A stretch of 64,000 nt of DNA, from positions 224,264 through 288,263 of the forward strand of contig CAWGVP010000003.1 of assembly GCA_963826065.1 (NCBI GenBank), read 5' to 3'. A program made the translations under genes and the position numbers. This DNA comes from an uncultured Gemmatimonadales bacterium (GTDB lineage Bacteria > Gemmatimonadota > Gemmatimonadetes > Gemmatimonadales > GWC2-71-9). Each line of letters opens with the position of its first letter. Position 1 is the stretch's first letter. Shown here one piece after another: positions 1 to 9,244 of this stretch. The notes below the pieces were generated by a model. The model was given only the letters and a program-made list of their open reading frames with translations. It ran no database searches and was not told the DNA's origin.

Positions 1-1
1 A

Positions 2-1228
2 TCCGACCTGGCGAGCCGCGTCTTCGCGACCCCGCCGAGCGCGACGCTCACGCCGCGCCGGGTCGGCGCGGAGGTCGAGTTGATTCCGGTCGAGGCGGCC
101 ACGGGTCGCCGGTGTCCGTTGGAGGCCGAAGGTGTGCCGGGAACCCTTCCGTTCCTGCGGCGGTTCGGCGGCCGCCAGGGCTGGACCGAAACGCGCACCG
201 CCAAGGGCACCCCCTGCTTCGACCTCCCGGCCGGCGGCAGGTTCACGTTCGAGCCGGGCGGCCAGCTGGAATACAGCTCTCCGCCCTGCCGATCGCCCAG
301 TGCGCTGCTGGTGCTGCTGCGATCGGTCATCCTTCCGCTCCGGGCCGCGGCGGCCAATGACGGGATCGATCTCATGGCCGTGGGCATCGACCCGTTCAAC
401 GCCGTGGAGGCGGCGCCGCTGCTGTTGCATACCCGGCGCTACGCGCGGATGGCGGAGTACCTCGGCCGGATCGGGCCGGCCGGGGCGAAGATGATGCGGC
501 AGACCGCGGCCTTTCAAGTGAGCCTCGACCTGGACGACGAGCCGTGGCTGCGCTGGAGGGTGCTGAATGCGGCGGCGCCGTACGCGACGGCGATCTTCGC
601 CAACTCCCCGGTGTACGACCGTGCGCCGACCGGGCTCCGGAGCACCCGCGCCCAGGTGTGGCGCGAGCTGGACCCACTGCGAACCGGGCTTCCCTGGGAC
701 GACCGGGCACCGGTAGGCGCGTATCTCGACTTCGCGCTTCGCGCCCCGGCGATCCTGCTGCCGCAGCTCCGGGGCGAGCATCGCCCCTTCGGTGAGTGGC
801 TGCGCGAGGCGCGGCCCAGTATGGATGAGTGGCGCGATCACCTGAGCACGCTGTTTCCCGAGGTACGGCCGCGCGGCCATCTGGAGCTGAGGTCGTGCGA
901 CTCGGTCTCGCCGCGATGGTACGCGGCCCCGCTCGCGCTCGCGGTGGGGATCGCCTACGACCCGCGAGCCCTCCGCTCGGCGGCCGACCTGCTCGGCCGG
1001 CCCGACCTGGGACTGCTCGACCGGGCGGGCCGGCACGGACTCGGCGACGGCGCGGTCCGACGGACCGCCACGGACCTGATCGAGATCGCGGTCGCCGGGT
1101 GTCGGGCGCTCGGTCCTGCCTATTTCCACGCGTCCGACCTGGAGCAGGCCATCGCGTTCTTCGACCAATACACCCGCAGAGGAAGGTCCCCCGCGGACGA
1201 CCTCGCGGGTGCCGAGATCGCCGCGTAG
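2..1228 (+). CDS. Glutamate-cysteine ligase family protein (GCS2/EgtA-like), 5' partial
   Basis: Frame is open back to base 2 (…RRVGAEVEL…); motifs [40 protein letters not shown]. Confidence 0.85.
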   Translation, partial: SDLASRVFATPPSATLTPRRVGAEVELIPVEAATGRRCPLEAEGVPGTLPFLRRFGGRQGWTETRTAKGTPCFDLPAGGRFTFEPGGQLEYSSPPCRSPSALLVLLRSVILPLRAAAANDGIDLMAVGIDPFNAVEAAPLLLHTRRYARMAEYLGRIGPAGAKMMRQTAAFQVSLDLDDEPWLRWRVLNAAAPYATAIFANSPVYDRAPTGLRSTRAQVWRELDPLRTGLPWDDRAPVGAYLDFALRAPAILLPQLRGEHRPFGEWLREARPSMDEWRDHLSTLFPEVRPRGHLELRSCDSVSPRWYAAPLALAVGIAYDPRALRSAADLLGRPDLGLLDRAGRHGLGDGAVRRTATDLIEIAVAGCRALGPAYFHASDLEQAIAFFDQYTRRGRSPADDLAGAEIAA

Positions 1229-1283
1229 CGCGCGTGAACCTGGGCTCGAGTGGCGCGGGGCGCCTCGGGGAGTCGGGCCGCCG

Positions 1284-2252
1284 ATGAAGGCGATCCGGAT
1301 GCACGCGACCGGCGGCACCGATGTGCTGCGCGTGGAAGACGTGCCGGTTCCGACCCCGGGCCCCGGCCAGGTCGTCATCCGCGTGGGGGCGGCCGGGGTG
1401 AACTTCGCGGATGTGTATCAGCGAAAGGGACTCTACCCGGCCCCGCTGCCGTTCACGCTGGGCCGCGAGGGCGCGGGCGTCGTCGAGCGAGTCGGTGAGG
1501 GAGTCACCACCTGCCGGGTTGGAGACCGCGTCGTTTCCGAGAACGTAGCCGGAGGCTATGCGGAGTATGCGGTGGCGGCGGCCGAGCGCGTCGTCCCGAT
1601 CCCTGACGGCATCAGCTCGAAGGTGGCCGCGGCGGTGATACTGCAGGGCATCACGGCGCATTACCTCGCCACCAGTACCTACCCGCTCGGTTCGGGCGAC
1701 ACCTGCCTGGTCCACGCAGCGGCGGGAGGCGTGGGACTGCTGCTCTGCCAGATCGCCCGCCGCCTCGGCGCACGAGTGATCGGCACGGTGAGCACGGAGG
1801 AGAAGGCCCGGCTGGCACGGGAGGCGGGCGCCCACGAGGTCATTCTCTACGATGTCGAGGATTTTCAGGAGGCCACGAAGCGCATCACCGGCGGGACCGG
1901 GGTGCAGGTGGTCTACGATTCGGTGGGACGGACGACGTTCCTCAAGGGCCTGGACTGCCTGGTGCCCCGGGGGATGATGGTGCTGTACGGCCAGTCGAGC
2001 GGACCGGTGGCGCCGCTCGACCCGCAGATATTGAATCAGAAGGGCTCGCTCTTCCTGACGCGCCCCACGATCACTCACTACCTGCTCACTCGCGCCGAGC
2101 TGCTGCGCCGGTCCGAGGATCTCTTCGGCTGGGTCGGCGATGGCTCACTGTCCGTGCGGATCGGCCGCGAGTTCGCCCTGGACCGGGCCGCGGACGCGCA
2201 CGTCGAGCTGGAGGGTAGGCGGACGACCGGAAAGGTGCTCCTGATCCCCTAG
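1284..2252 (+). CDS. qor: NADPH:quinone oxidoreductase (zeta-crystallin/MDR family)
   Basis: MKAIR start, [37 protein letters not shown]-terminus. Confidence 0.9.
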   Translation: MKAIRMHATGGTDVLRVEDVPVPTPGPGQVVIRVGAAGVNFADVYQRKGLYPAPLPFTLGREGAGVVERVGEGVTTCRVGDRVVSENVAGGYAEYAVAAAERVVPIPDGISSKVAAAVILQGITAHYLATSTYPLGSGDTCLVHAAAGGVGLLLCQIARRLGARVIGTVSTEEKARLAREAGAHEVILYDVEDFQEATKRITGGTGVQVVYDSVGRTTFLKGLDCLVPRGMMVLYGQSSGPVAPLDPQILNQKGSLFLTRPTITHYLLTRAELLRRSEDLFGWVGDGSLSVRIGREFALDRAADAHVELEGRRTTGKVLLIP

Positions 2253-2274
2253 AGGCGCCCCACGGAGAGGCGCT

Positions 2275-2979
2275 TCACGCCACGGCCGAACGATCGAGGT
2301 GCGGGTCGCCCGCGGCGAGACCGCCCCCAGCTTCGCGACGGCGTGCATCGAAGGGCGGAGCCTGGGAGGCCAGACCCACGCGCACGGCATAGCGAACCAG
2401 TCCGGCCACATCGCGGATGCCGAGCCGCTGCGCGACGGCGCTGCGGTGCGTCTCGATCGTCTTCTCGCTGAGGACCAGATGCTGCGCGATCTGCTTGGTG
2501 GTGAGTCCCTGCGCGATCAGCCGAAGCACCTCGATCTGACGGGGACTGAGTTTGCTGAGCGGGCGGCGGACCTCGAGCGCGTTCTGGAAGACTTCCGCGA
2601 CCCGCTCCAGCCGATCCTTCCATACCACGTTCTCGATACCCGCGCGCACGCAGGCCACGGTGACCTGCTGGTCCGAGACGTCGCTGAGCAGAATGACCGG
2701 CACAGTGGGTCGAACGCTCTGCACCGTTCTCAGCACCGTCCCCGTGGCGCATTGGGTGACGGCAGGCGTGGTGAAGACTACGTCCGGTGCCGTGGTGCGG
2801 AGGAGCGAAGCGAGTGCGTCCTCGGTGTCCACCCGGTTGAGTACCACCTCGCGGCCGGTCCGCGCCAGCTCCGCAGCCAGCGGATCGGCACTGCCCTCGG
2901 CTCGATCGACCAGGATCGCTCGAAGGGGGCGGTCGGCCACCGTGAGTCCTTGTCTCTGATTCTCCACGTTCTCACCCAC
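2275..2979 (-). CDS. NarL/LuxR-family response regulator with degenerate receiver domain
   Basis: LuxR HTH LSPRQIEVLRLIAQGLTTKQIA…SEKTIETHR; receiver-like N-terminus without the canonical Asp. Confidence 0.85.
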   Translation of the reverse strand: MGENVENQRQGLTVADRPLRAILVDRAEGSADPLAAELARTGREVVLNRVDTEDALASLLRTTAPDVVFTTPAVTQCATGTVLRTVQSVRPTVPVILLSDVSDQQVTVACVRAGIENVVWKDRLERVAEVFQNALEVRRPLSKLSPRQIEVLRLIAQGLTTKQIAQHLVLSEKTIETHRSAVAQRLGIRDVAGLVRYAVRVGLASQAPPFDARRREAGGGLAAGDPHLDRSAVA

Positions 2980-2995
2980 ATTTTTGTATTGCAGT

Positions 2996-3024
2996 TATAT
3001 ACCCTGCTGTCCTTTAATATTCAA
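2996..3024 (-). promoter_or_regulatory. Putative sigma70 promoter of the LuxR regulator
   Basis: Minus strand TTGAAT-17nt-TATATA in a locally AT-rich intergenic stretch. Confidence 0.4.
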
Positions 3025-3059
3025 TGCTGGCCAGCCGTTTTGGCAGGGATCGGTCAACC

Positions 3060-3908
3060 ATGATCGGAAGGGCCCTGGTCACCACCGAATGGCTCGCCGA
3101 CCATCTCGACGAAGCGGGGATTCGGGTGGTAGACGGGTCCATGTACCTCCCCGGCAGCGGACGCGACGCCGCGGCCGAATATGCCCGTGGTCACGTGCCG
3201 GGCGCCGTGTTCTTCGACGTCGAAGCGTCCAGTGATCCCCGGTCTCCGCTGCCCCACATGCTTCCGACGCCGGCCAGGTTCGCCGAACGGATGACCGCAG
3301 TGGGTCTCCGCGACACGGACGACATCGTGGTCTACGACGGGTCGGGGGCCAACCTCAGCGCCGCCCGGGTCTGGTGGATGTTCCGCGTGTTCGGGCACGA
3401 CCGGGTCGCGGTGCTGGACGGGGGCTTCGGCAAGTGGAGCAGGGAAGGGCGACCGGTGGAGAGCGGGATGCCGACCTTGCGGCGCGGCAGCTTCACGGCG
3501 CGGGTCCCCGCAGAGGAGGCCGTGCGGGATTTGGAGCAGGTTCGCACACTGATCCCCACGGGCGGGGTCCAGATCGTGGACATGCGTTCCGCGGGGCGGT
3601 TTGCGGCGACCGAGCCGGAGCCCAGGCCCGGCCTCCGCGGGGGCCACATTCCGGGAAGCCGGAACCTCCCCTACAACGAGTTGGTCGCCGGCGATGGCAC
3701 CCTGCTTCCGCCCGAATCACTTCGCCGGAGGATCGAGGCCGCGGGAATCGACCCCGCTCGTCCCGTCGTGGCGACCTGCGGCTCGGGCGTGAGTGCCTGC
3801 ACCCTCATCCATGCGCTGCACCTGCTGGGACACCATCGGGTGGCGCTCTACGACGGGGCCTGGAGCGAGTGGGGCGGCCGTGCCGACACCCCGGTCGAGA
3901 CGGGATGA
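3060..3908 (+). CDS. sseA: 3-mercaptopyruvate sulfurtransferase (tandem rhodanese)
   Basis: LVTTEWL, GHVPGA, AARVWWMF, active-site CGSGVSA, LYDGAWSEWG. Confidence 0.92.
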   Translation: MIGRALVTTEWLADHLDEAGIRVVDGSMYLPGSGRDAAAEYARGHVPGAVFFDVEASSDPRSPLPHMLPTPARFAERMTAVGLRDTDDIVVYDGSGANLSAARVWWMFRVFGHDRVAVLDGGFGKWSREGRPVESGMPTLRRGSFTARVPAEEAVRDLEQVRTLIPTGGVQIVDMRSAGRFAATEPEPRPGLRGGHIPGSRNLPYNELVAGDGTLLPPESLRRRIEAAGIDPARPVVATCGSGVSACTLIHALHLLGHHRVALYDGAWSEWGGRADTPVETG

Positions 3909-3914
3909 GCCCCG

Positions 3915-4388
3915 CTAACGGCTCGGTGGCGCCAGATTCCCGCAGGCCACGATGGTTCCCATGTTGTTGACCGACGCGTGGATGTTGACGAAGTACTCGC
4001 CGGAAGTGGGAACCGGCACCGGCAGCTCGGCGCTCTCCTCCGCGCGGCCGTTGCCTCCGACCCGCAGCGGGCGGTACGCCTCGGCCGGGCCGAAGATGCC
4101 GCGGTCGGTGCCGCAGCGGCCCAGGTGCACGTGCCACGGGTGCTCACCGCCGGGCACTGCGTTCTCGATCGCGGCAAAGGCCCGGGTCTTGGTGGCATCT
4201 CCGTCGTCTCCCGCCATCCATCCCGTGCCCTTCACTTGAAGGGCACCCGCCAGCTGCTTCGACGTCGCCAGCGTCGCGTTCCAGCGGGTGCCTATCACCT
4301 CTCGGTTGGGATCGATCTCCACCCGGCTCCCACCGCCGCAAGCCGCCGCCCCCAGCGCCAGCACTCCCATCGCCCATGACCGTGTCAT
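3915..4388 (-). CDS. Lipoprotein with Cu/Zn-SOD-like or CHRD-like His motifs
   Basis: Lipobox-like AAAC, PWHVHLGRC, YFVNIH, IVACGNL. Confidence 0.6.
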   Translation of the reverse strand: MTRSWAMGVLALGAAACGGGSRVEIDPNREVIGTRWNATLATSKQLAGALQVKGTGWMAGDDGDATKTRAFAAIENAVPGGEHPWHVHLGRCGTDRGIFGPAEAYRPLRVGGNGRAEESAELPVPVPTSGEYFVNIHASVNNMGTIVACGNLAPPSR

Positions 4389-4479
4389 GCCGACCTCCGC
4401 GTTCGAGTCGTGCCCAGGCCTCAGTCGTATATGAGCGCGGAGATGTACGGTGGCCGTGACCAGCACCACACTCGGTCGG

Positions 4480-6063
4480 CTAGCGGTTCCCCTTGCAGGC
4501 GCGGAGCACCACGTGCGGCGCCGGGTGGTTCGGAAAAAGCTCGCGTGCCCGCTCGGCGTGGGGACGTGCGCGATCGCAGCGGCGCTCGTCCCGCCACGCG
4601 GTCGCGAGCAGCATGTGAATTCGGTAGCTGCCGGGATCCACCTTTGCGGCCAGCTCCAGTCCCTCGCGGCTCCTGCCGCCGGCCAGCGCCAGCGCCGCCA
4701 CCTGCGAGACGCTGTGCAGCAGCAGCGCGCCTCCGACGAGGCTCACGGCGACCGTCAGTCTCCGGCGGCCGCTCGGCGTCAGGATCGCTTCGTGAATCGG
4801 CCGGGCCGATGTGGCCAGCGCGCCGATCGTGGTCCAGGCGAAGAAGGCCGGGGCGGGCAGGAGCAGGACCGCATCGAACGCGCCCACGACGAACAGGGCG
4901 ATCAGGGTGGCGACGGTGGTGAGATCGCCCAGCGCCGGGGAGCGGCGGCTGCCGTCCCGCACCCGGGCCCAGGCGCCCAGCGCGATGCTGCCGCCGACCG
5001 CGAGGAGGAGCAAGGCTGCCGGCAGCCCTCGCTCCGAGAGCATCGCCATCCAGTCGCTGCTCGGCCAAGGGTTGGTCGGAATGTCGTCGTCGGCATCGAA
5101 GGACGGGTCACCCGGAGCCATGTAGTTCGGGTAGTGGAGCGGCCAGTTGCCCGGCCCCACGCCGAGCAGCGGATGATCCAGGGCCATCTCGAGCGTGTTG
5201 CCGTACTGGATCAGCCGGCCGCGCCCGCTCCCTTCCCGATAGTTGGCGACGCCGGTCAGGGAGTCGAGATAGGGAGACTCCGAGCGCCAGTTGAGACGGT
5301 TGGGCAGCACCAGCGCGAGCACTAATCCGGCCAGCGCCATTCCGCCGAGGATCGAGACCCGGCGCCGGAGCGGCCGCTCGTCCCAGAGTCGTCCGACCCA
5401 GAGTCCTTCCACCGCGAGAAACACCGCCCACGCCGCCGCCCCGACCCACGCCGCCCGGGACCGCGAGAGTACCAGCGCCGCGGCCACGACGGCCACGCCG
5501 GCGGCGCCGAGTGCGAAGCCGGCCGGGCGCCGCGCCTGGAGCGTCACCAGCAGCAGGCCGGGCAGGCCGATCGTGACCAGGTGAGCCATGAAGTTGCGAT
5601 TGCCGAAGGTGCCGCCCGGCGCTCGCACCGCGCTCGCGAGCTCGCTGTCGACCAATCCGTACGCCTGAGCCAGGCCGGTCAGCGCGCCGAGGACTACCGC
5701 CGCGGCCAGGGTGGCGAGAAGTCGCGGGCCGTGGCCCGCGCGGGCCAGCGTCCTCGCGGTCCAGAGGAGCCCGGCTCCCGCGAGCGACAAGCCGAACCCG
5801 CGCAGGGCCAGCCAGCCGTTGGCCGCGAGCAGTGCCGACGACAGCGAAAGTGCCAGGAAGCCGATGACCAGGCCGTCCACCATGAACACCGTGATCCTGC
5901 GCGCGGAGCCGAGACAGAGGAGCGCGGCCCCTATCGCCGACGCCAGCATCACCAGCTCTTTCGCGAAGGTGTAGCGATCCAGCTGAAAGAGCGGATAGGG
6001 CAGCGCGGCGAGCACCACCAGAAGGGCGCCGGCCTGCAGTGCGAGGAGCGCGAGGTTCTGCAC
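4480..6063 (-). CDS. O-antigen ligase / O-oligosaccharyltransferase family membrane protein with C-terminal TPR-like region
   Basis: Many TM helices, GTFGNRNF, LSRSRAAW, HPLLGVGPGNW. Confidence 0.8.
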   Translation of the reverse strand: MQNLALLALQAGALLVVLAALPYPLFQLDRYTFAKELVMLASAIGAALLCLGSARRITVFMVDGLVIGFLALSLSSALLAANGWLALRGFGLSLAGAGLLWTARTLARAGHGPRLLATLAAAVVLGALTGLAQAYGLVDSELASAVRAPGGTFGNRNFMAHLVTIGLPGLLLVTLQARRPAGFALGAAGVAVVAAALVLSRSRAAWVGAAAWAVFLAVEGLWVGRLWDERPLRRRVSILGGMALAGLVLALVLPNRLNWRSESPYLDSLTGVANYREGSGRGRLIQYGNTLEMALDHPLLGVGPGNWPLHYPNYMAPGDPSFDADDDIPTNPWPSSDWMAMLSERGLPAALLLLAVGGSIALGAWARVRDGSRRSPALGDLTTVATLIALFVVGAFDAVLLLPAPAFFAWTTIGALATSARPIHEAILTPSGRRRLTVAVSLVGGALLLHSVSQVAALALAGGRSREGLELAAKVDPGSYRIHMLLATAWRDERRCDRARPHAERARELFPNHPAPHVVLRACKGNR

Positions 6064-6072
6064 CTGGTCTCC

Positions 6073-7323
6073 TCAGCGGTCGGGCGGTGACGGCTCCATC
6101 GGCCGGATGTATTCCCCGTAGCGAAGCGGCTCCCCATGCACCCAGGGGCGATACCGATTGGAGAACTCGATCCGGTCGGCCGGATCGGGATGGCTGCCCC
6201 GCCACAGGCGGAAAAGGAGGCCCGTGCGCGGGACGCCGAGGTTCTCGTCGTGCAGCCGCACGAAGGCCCTGGCGGCCGCCTGGTTGTCGCGCGTCAGCTC
6301 GAGGCCGAACCGGTCGGCTTCCCGCTCCTGCCACCGGGAGAAGGCCAGTGCCGCCGGTGTTGCCGCGAGGCCGACCACGCTGCCGACCAGCAGCAGCAGC
6401 GGAAGTGACGCCACGTCGTCCAGGCGATCGAATCCGAATCGTGTCCGGAACCGCGCGATGGCCCAGCCGGCGACCCGGTGTACCACGTACAGCGCGAGCG
6501 TGACCAGCAGGGTGGCCCCAAGTATAGCCGTGAGCGTGTGGCGCAGGACGAAGTGCCCGACCTCGTGGCCCATCACGAAGAGCACTTCCTCCGGCTTCAG
6601 CCGGTCCACCAGCGTATCCCAGAGAACGATGCGCTTGGTGTCGCCGAACCCGGTCACGAACGCGTTGACCCGGCGGGTCTCGTCGCTCTTCCGCACCTCG
6701 TAGATCCGGCTCTCGGGAATGCCGGCCCGGGCGGCGAGCTGATGAATCCGCGCCTGAAGCCCGCGATCGCGCATCGGGCCATACTCGTCGAACAGCGGGG
6801 CGATCCACACCGGCGCCACGATCATCAGGAGCGCGGTGAGCGGTGCGGTGAGGAGGCCGGTCCAGAGCCACCATCGTCGTGGGCTCGCGCGCAGCAGCCG
6901 GTAGGGGATCCAGACGACCAGCGCGGCCATCAGGGCGGAGAGGGCGGTTCCCTTGGTCCAGTCGCCCAACCAGGCGCTCGCGGTCTCGGTCGAAAGACCG
7001 TAGGCATGCTGCCGCACGAAGCCGGCATACCACGACAGCGGCAGGAACAGGAGCGACTGTATGACGGCGTACGCCGCGCCGTAGATCGCGACGGTGGCGA
7101 GCCACCGCCCCCTCGCGAGGCGTCGGGCGCGCTCGCGCAGGCGAGCCGAGATTCCGCTGAAGAGGATCGCGGCGGGGACCAGCAGCTCCAGCGCGGTCGC
7201 CCCGGCCCAGAGCAGGTGGCTGCTCCGGTGGTAGCGCAACGCGAGCTCGGTCGGGACCGGCACGGCGACGGCGGCCGTCGCGCTGGCGGAGACCTGGGCT
7301 GGGGAAGAGTCGGCTTGCGGCAT
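6073..7323 (-). CDS. M48 (Ste24-like) membrane zinc metalloprotease
   Basis: NAFVTG, RIVLWDTL, HEVGH, EREAD, SHP motifs. Confidence 0.9.
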   Translation of the reverse strand: MPQADSSPAQVSASATAAVAVPVPTELALRYHRSSHLLWAGATALELLVPAAILFSGISARLRERARRLARGRWLATVAIYGAAYAVIQSLLFLPLSWYAGFVRQHAYGLSTETASAWLGDWTKGTALSALMAALVVWIPYRLLRASPRRWWLWTGLLTAPLTALLMIVAPVWIAPLFDEYGPMRDRGLQARIHQLAARAGIPESRIYEVRKSDETRRVNAFVTGFGDTKRIVLWDTLVDRLKPEEVLFVMGHEVGHFVLRHTLTAILGATLLVTLALYVVHRVAGWAIARFRTRFGFDRLDDVASLPLLLLVGSVVGLAATPAALAFSRWQEREADRFGLELTRDNQAAARAFVRLHDENLGVPRTGLLFRLWRGSHPDPADRIEFSNRYRPWVHGEPLRYGEYIRPMEPSPPDR

Positions 7324-7383
7324 GAAGGTGCTCCAAAGCTATCCCGGTTCCGTTCGCGCGAAGGGGGGTGATAGCTTACCGGG

Positions 7384-7863
7384 GTGTTGGACGCGATCCG
7401 CGGCTTCGTCAATCGCCGTATTCTGTCACCCGCCGAGCCGGCGGCCGCCCCGAATCGCTCGGGGCCGCCGGGCGTGCAGCTCGCCGCCTGTGCCCTCCTC
7501 CTCGAGCTCGCCTACGCCGACGGTGTCATGAGTTCCGAGGAGCAGGCCCACATCGAAGGCGCCGTCCAGCGACACTTCGGGCTGGACGAGGCCACCGGCA
7601 AGGAGCTCATCGCGCTGGCCGAGACCGAGCGCCGGCAGTCCATCGACCATTTCCAGTTCACCCGCATGATCGCCGGCGAGTACGATCTGGGCCAGAAGAT
7701 GGTCCTCGCGGAGGTGATGTGGGGCGTGATACTGGCCGACGGCCAGCTCGCCACGCACGAGACCTGGCTGGTCCGGAAGCTGGCTCACCTGCTCGAGCTG
7801 GAGCCGGGCTATCTGTCCGAGGCCCGCAAGACTGCCGCGGCCCGCACGACCAGCGGGGCGTAA
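7384..7863 (+). CDS. TerB-family protein
   Basis: ALLLELAYADG…E and ILADG…HE repeated metal-binding motifs. Confidence 0.8.
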   Translation: MLDAIRGFVNRRILSPAEPAAAPNRSGPPGVQLAACALLLELAYADGVMSSEEQAHIEGAVQRHFGLDEATGKELIALAETERRQSIDHFQFTRMIAGEYDLGQKMVLAEVMWGVILADGQLATHETWLVRKLAHLLELEPGYLSEARKTAAARTTSGA

Positions 7864-7870
7864 TACCACC

Positions 7871-8344
7871 ATGAGCAACGAAGCATTGAGCGCCTATCTC
7901 AACGACCATCTGGCCGGCTCGGTCGGGGCGATCGAGATGATCGAGCGTGCGATCACGGAAAACGCGGGGAACTTGCTGGCCCGCCGACTGGAAAAAGAGC
8001 TGGAGGTGATCCGGAAGGACCAGGACATCGTGCGGGATCTCATCACCCGGCTCGGATCCACGGAGAGTCGGCTGAAGAAGGCGGGGGCGTGGCTGGTGGA
8101 GAAGGCGGGGCGGGTGAAGCTGGGCGGAACCGAGGAGCCGACCGAGTTGGCGCGGATGGAGACGCTGGAAGCGCTGGTGGTAGGGATCCATGGGAGGCGG
8201 GCGCTCTGGCGCGCGCTTCGGGCCGTGGCGGACAAGCATCCCGTCCTTGGCGACCTCGATCTGGATCTGCTCGAGCGCCAGACTGCGCAGCAGCACGACC
8301 GAGTCGAGGAGTGGCGCCTGGAAGCGGCGAAGGATGTGTTGTGA
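7871..8344 (+). CDS. Conserved hypothetical helical (ferritin-like) protein
   Basis: YLNDHLAGS, EKAGRVK, LEALVVGIHGRRALW; good codon pattern. Confidence 0.65.
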   Translation: MSNEALSAYLNDHLAGSVGAIEMIERAITENAGNLLARRLEKELEVIRKDQDIVRDLITRLGSTESRLKKAGAWLVEKAGRVKLGGTEEPTELARMETLEALVVGIHGRRALWRALRAVADKHPVLGDLDLDLLERQTAQQHDRVEEWRLEAAKDVL

Positions 8345-8350
8345 TCACCG

Positions 8351-9244
8351 TCACTCGTGAAGGATCGCCGCGAGGCGCTCGAGACTGTCCACCAGACTGG
8401 GCCCCGGCCGGCTGAAGAACCGCACGCCGTCCATCACGTAGATCTTCTGATCGCGGGCACACGGGAGGGTGGAGAACCCCGGGCGCGCGCGAAGCAGCTC
8501 GAGCTCCTCCCGCGCCCGCGCCTGGTCGAACCCGCAGCAGGCCAGCACCATCACCTCCGGCTGCCACGCCAGCACGTCCGCCCAGGCGATCACCCGTCCC
8601 GGCTCGCCGGCCCGCCCGATGCCGTCGCACCCTCCCGCGAGCTCGACGAGCTCGGGATTCCAGTGCCCGCCGCAGATCAGCGGGTCGGCCCACTCCAGGA
8701 ATGCCACTCGCGGCCGGCGGGGGAGCGTGGCGCCGCGCCGGCGAACCGCCTCGACTCGCTCTCGGAGCCGGTCCACCAGTGCCTCGGCCTGCCGCGGGCG
8801 CCCCGCCGCGGTGCCCACGGTCTCGATGGCGTCGAACACTTCCTCCAGCGTGTGCGGCTCCATGGTGACGACCAGCGGATCCGAGCTCAGGGCCGGGACC
8901 ACCCGGCCGACTTCGGCTGGGCCGACCGCGCAGACCTCGCAGAGCGCCTGCGTCACGATCATGTCGGGGCGCAGGGCCTCGAGCAGGTCCTCGTCAAGCT
9001 GGTAGAGCGACTCGCCGCGCTGAAGATGCTCGCGCACGACCGCATCGATCTCGCGGCTCGCGGCGCCCTCGGGCACCCGGGTCCGGGTGATGCGCGGGAG
9101 CGACTCGATCCGTCCCGGGAAATCGCACGAATGACTCACGGCGACCAGCGACTCCTCGAGCCCGAGCGCACAGAGGATCTCCGTCGCGCTGGGCAGCAGC
9201 GACGCGATGCGCACCGCGGCACCCGGCACCGGATCAGTCGACAT
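8351..9244 (-). CDS. Cobalamin-binding (BtuF-like) protein without signal peptide
   Basis: RIASLLPSATEIL, VTQALCEVCAV, EWADP…GHW, FSRPGP. Confidence 0.8.
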   Translation of the reverse strand: MSTDPVPGAAVRIASLLPSATEILCALGLEESLVAVSHSCDFPGRIESLPRITRTRVPEGAASREIDAVVREHLQRGESLYQLDEDLLEALRPDMIVTQALCEVCAVGPAEVGRVVPALSSDPLVVTMEPHTLEEVFDAIETVGTAAGRPRQAEALVDRLRERVEAVRRRGATLPRRPRVAFLEWADPLICGGHWNPELVELAGGCDGIGRAGEPGRVIAWADVLAWQPEVMVLACCGFDQARAREELELLRARPGFSTLPCARDQKIYVMDGVRFFSRPGPSLVDSLERLAAILHE

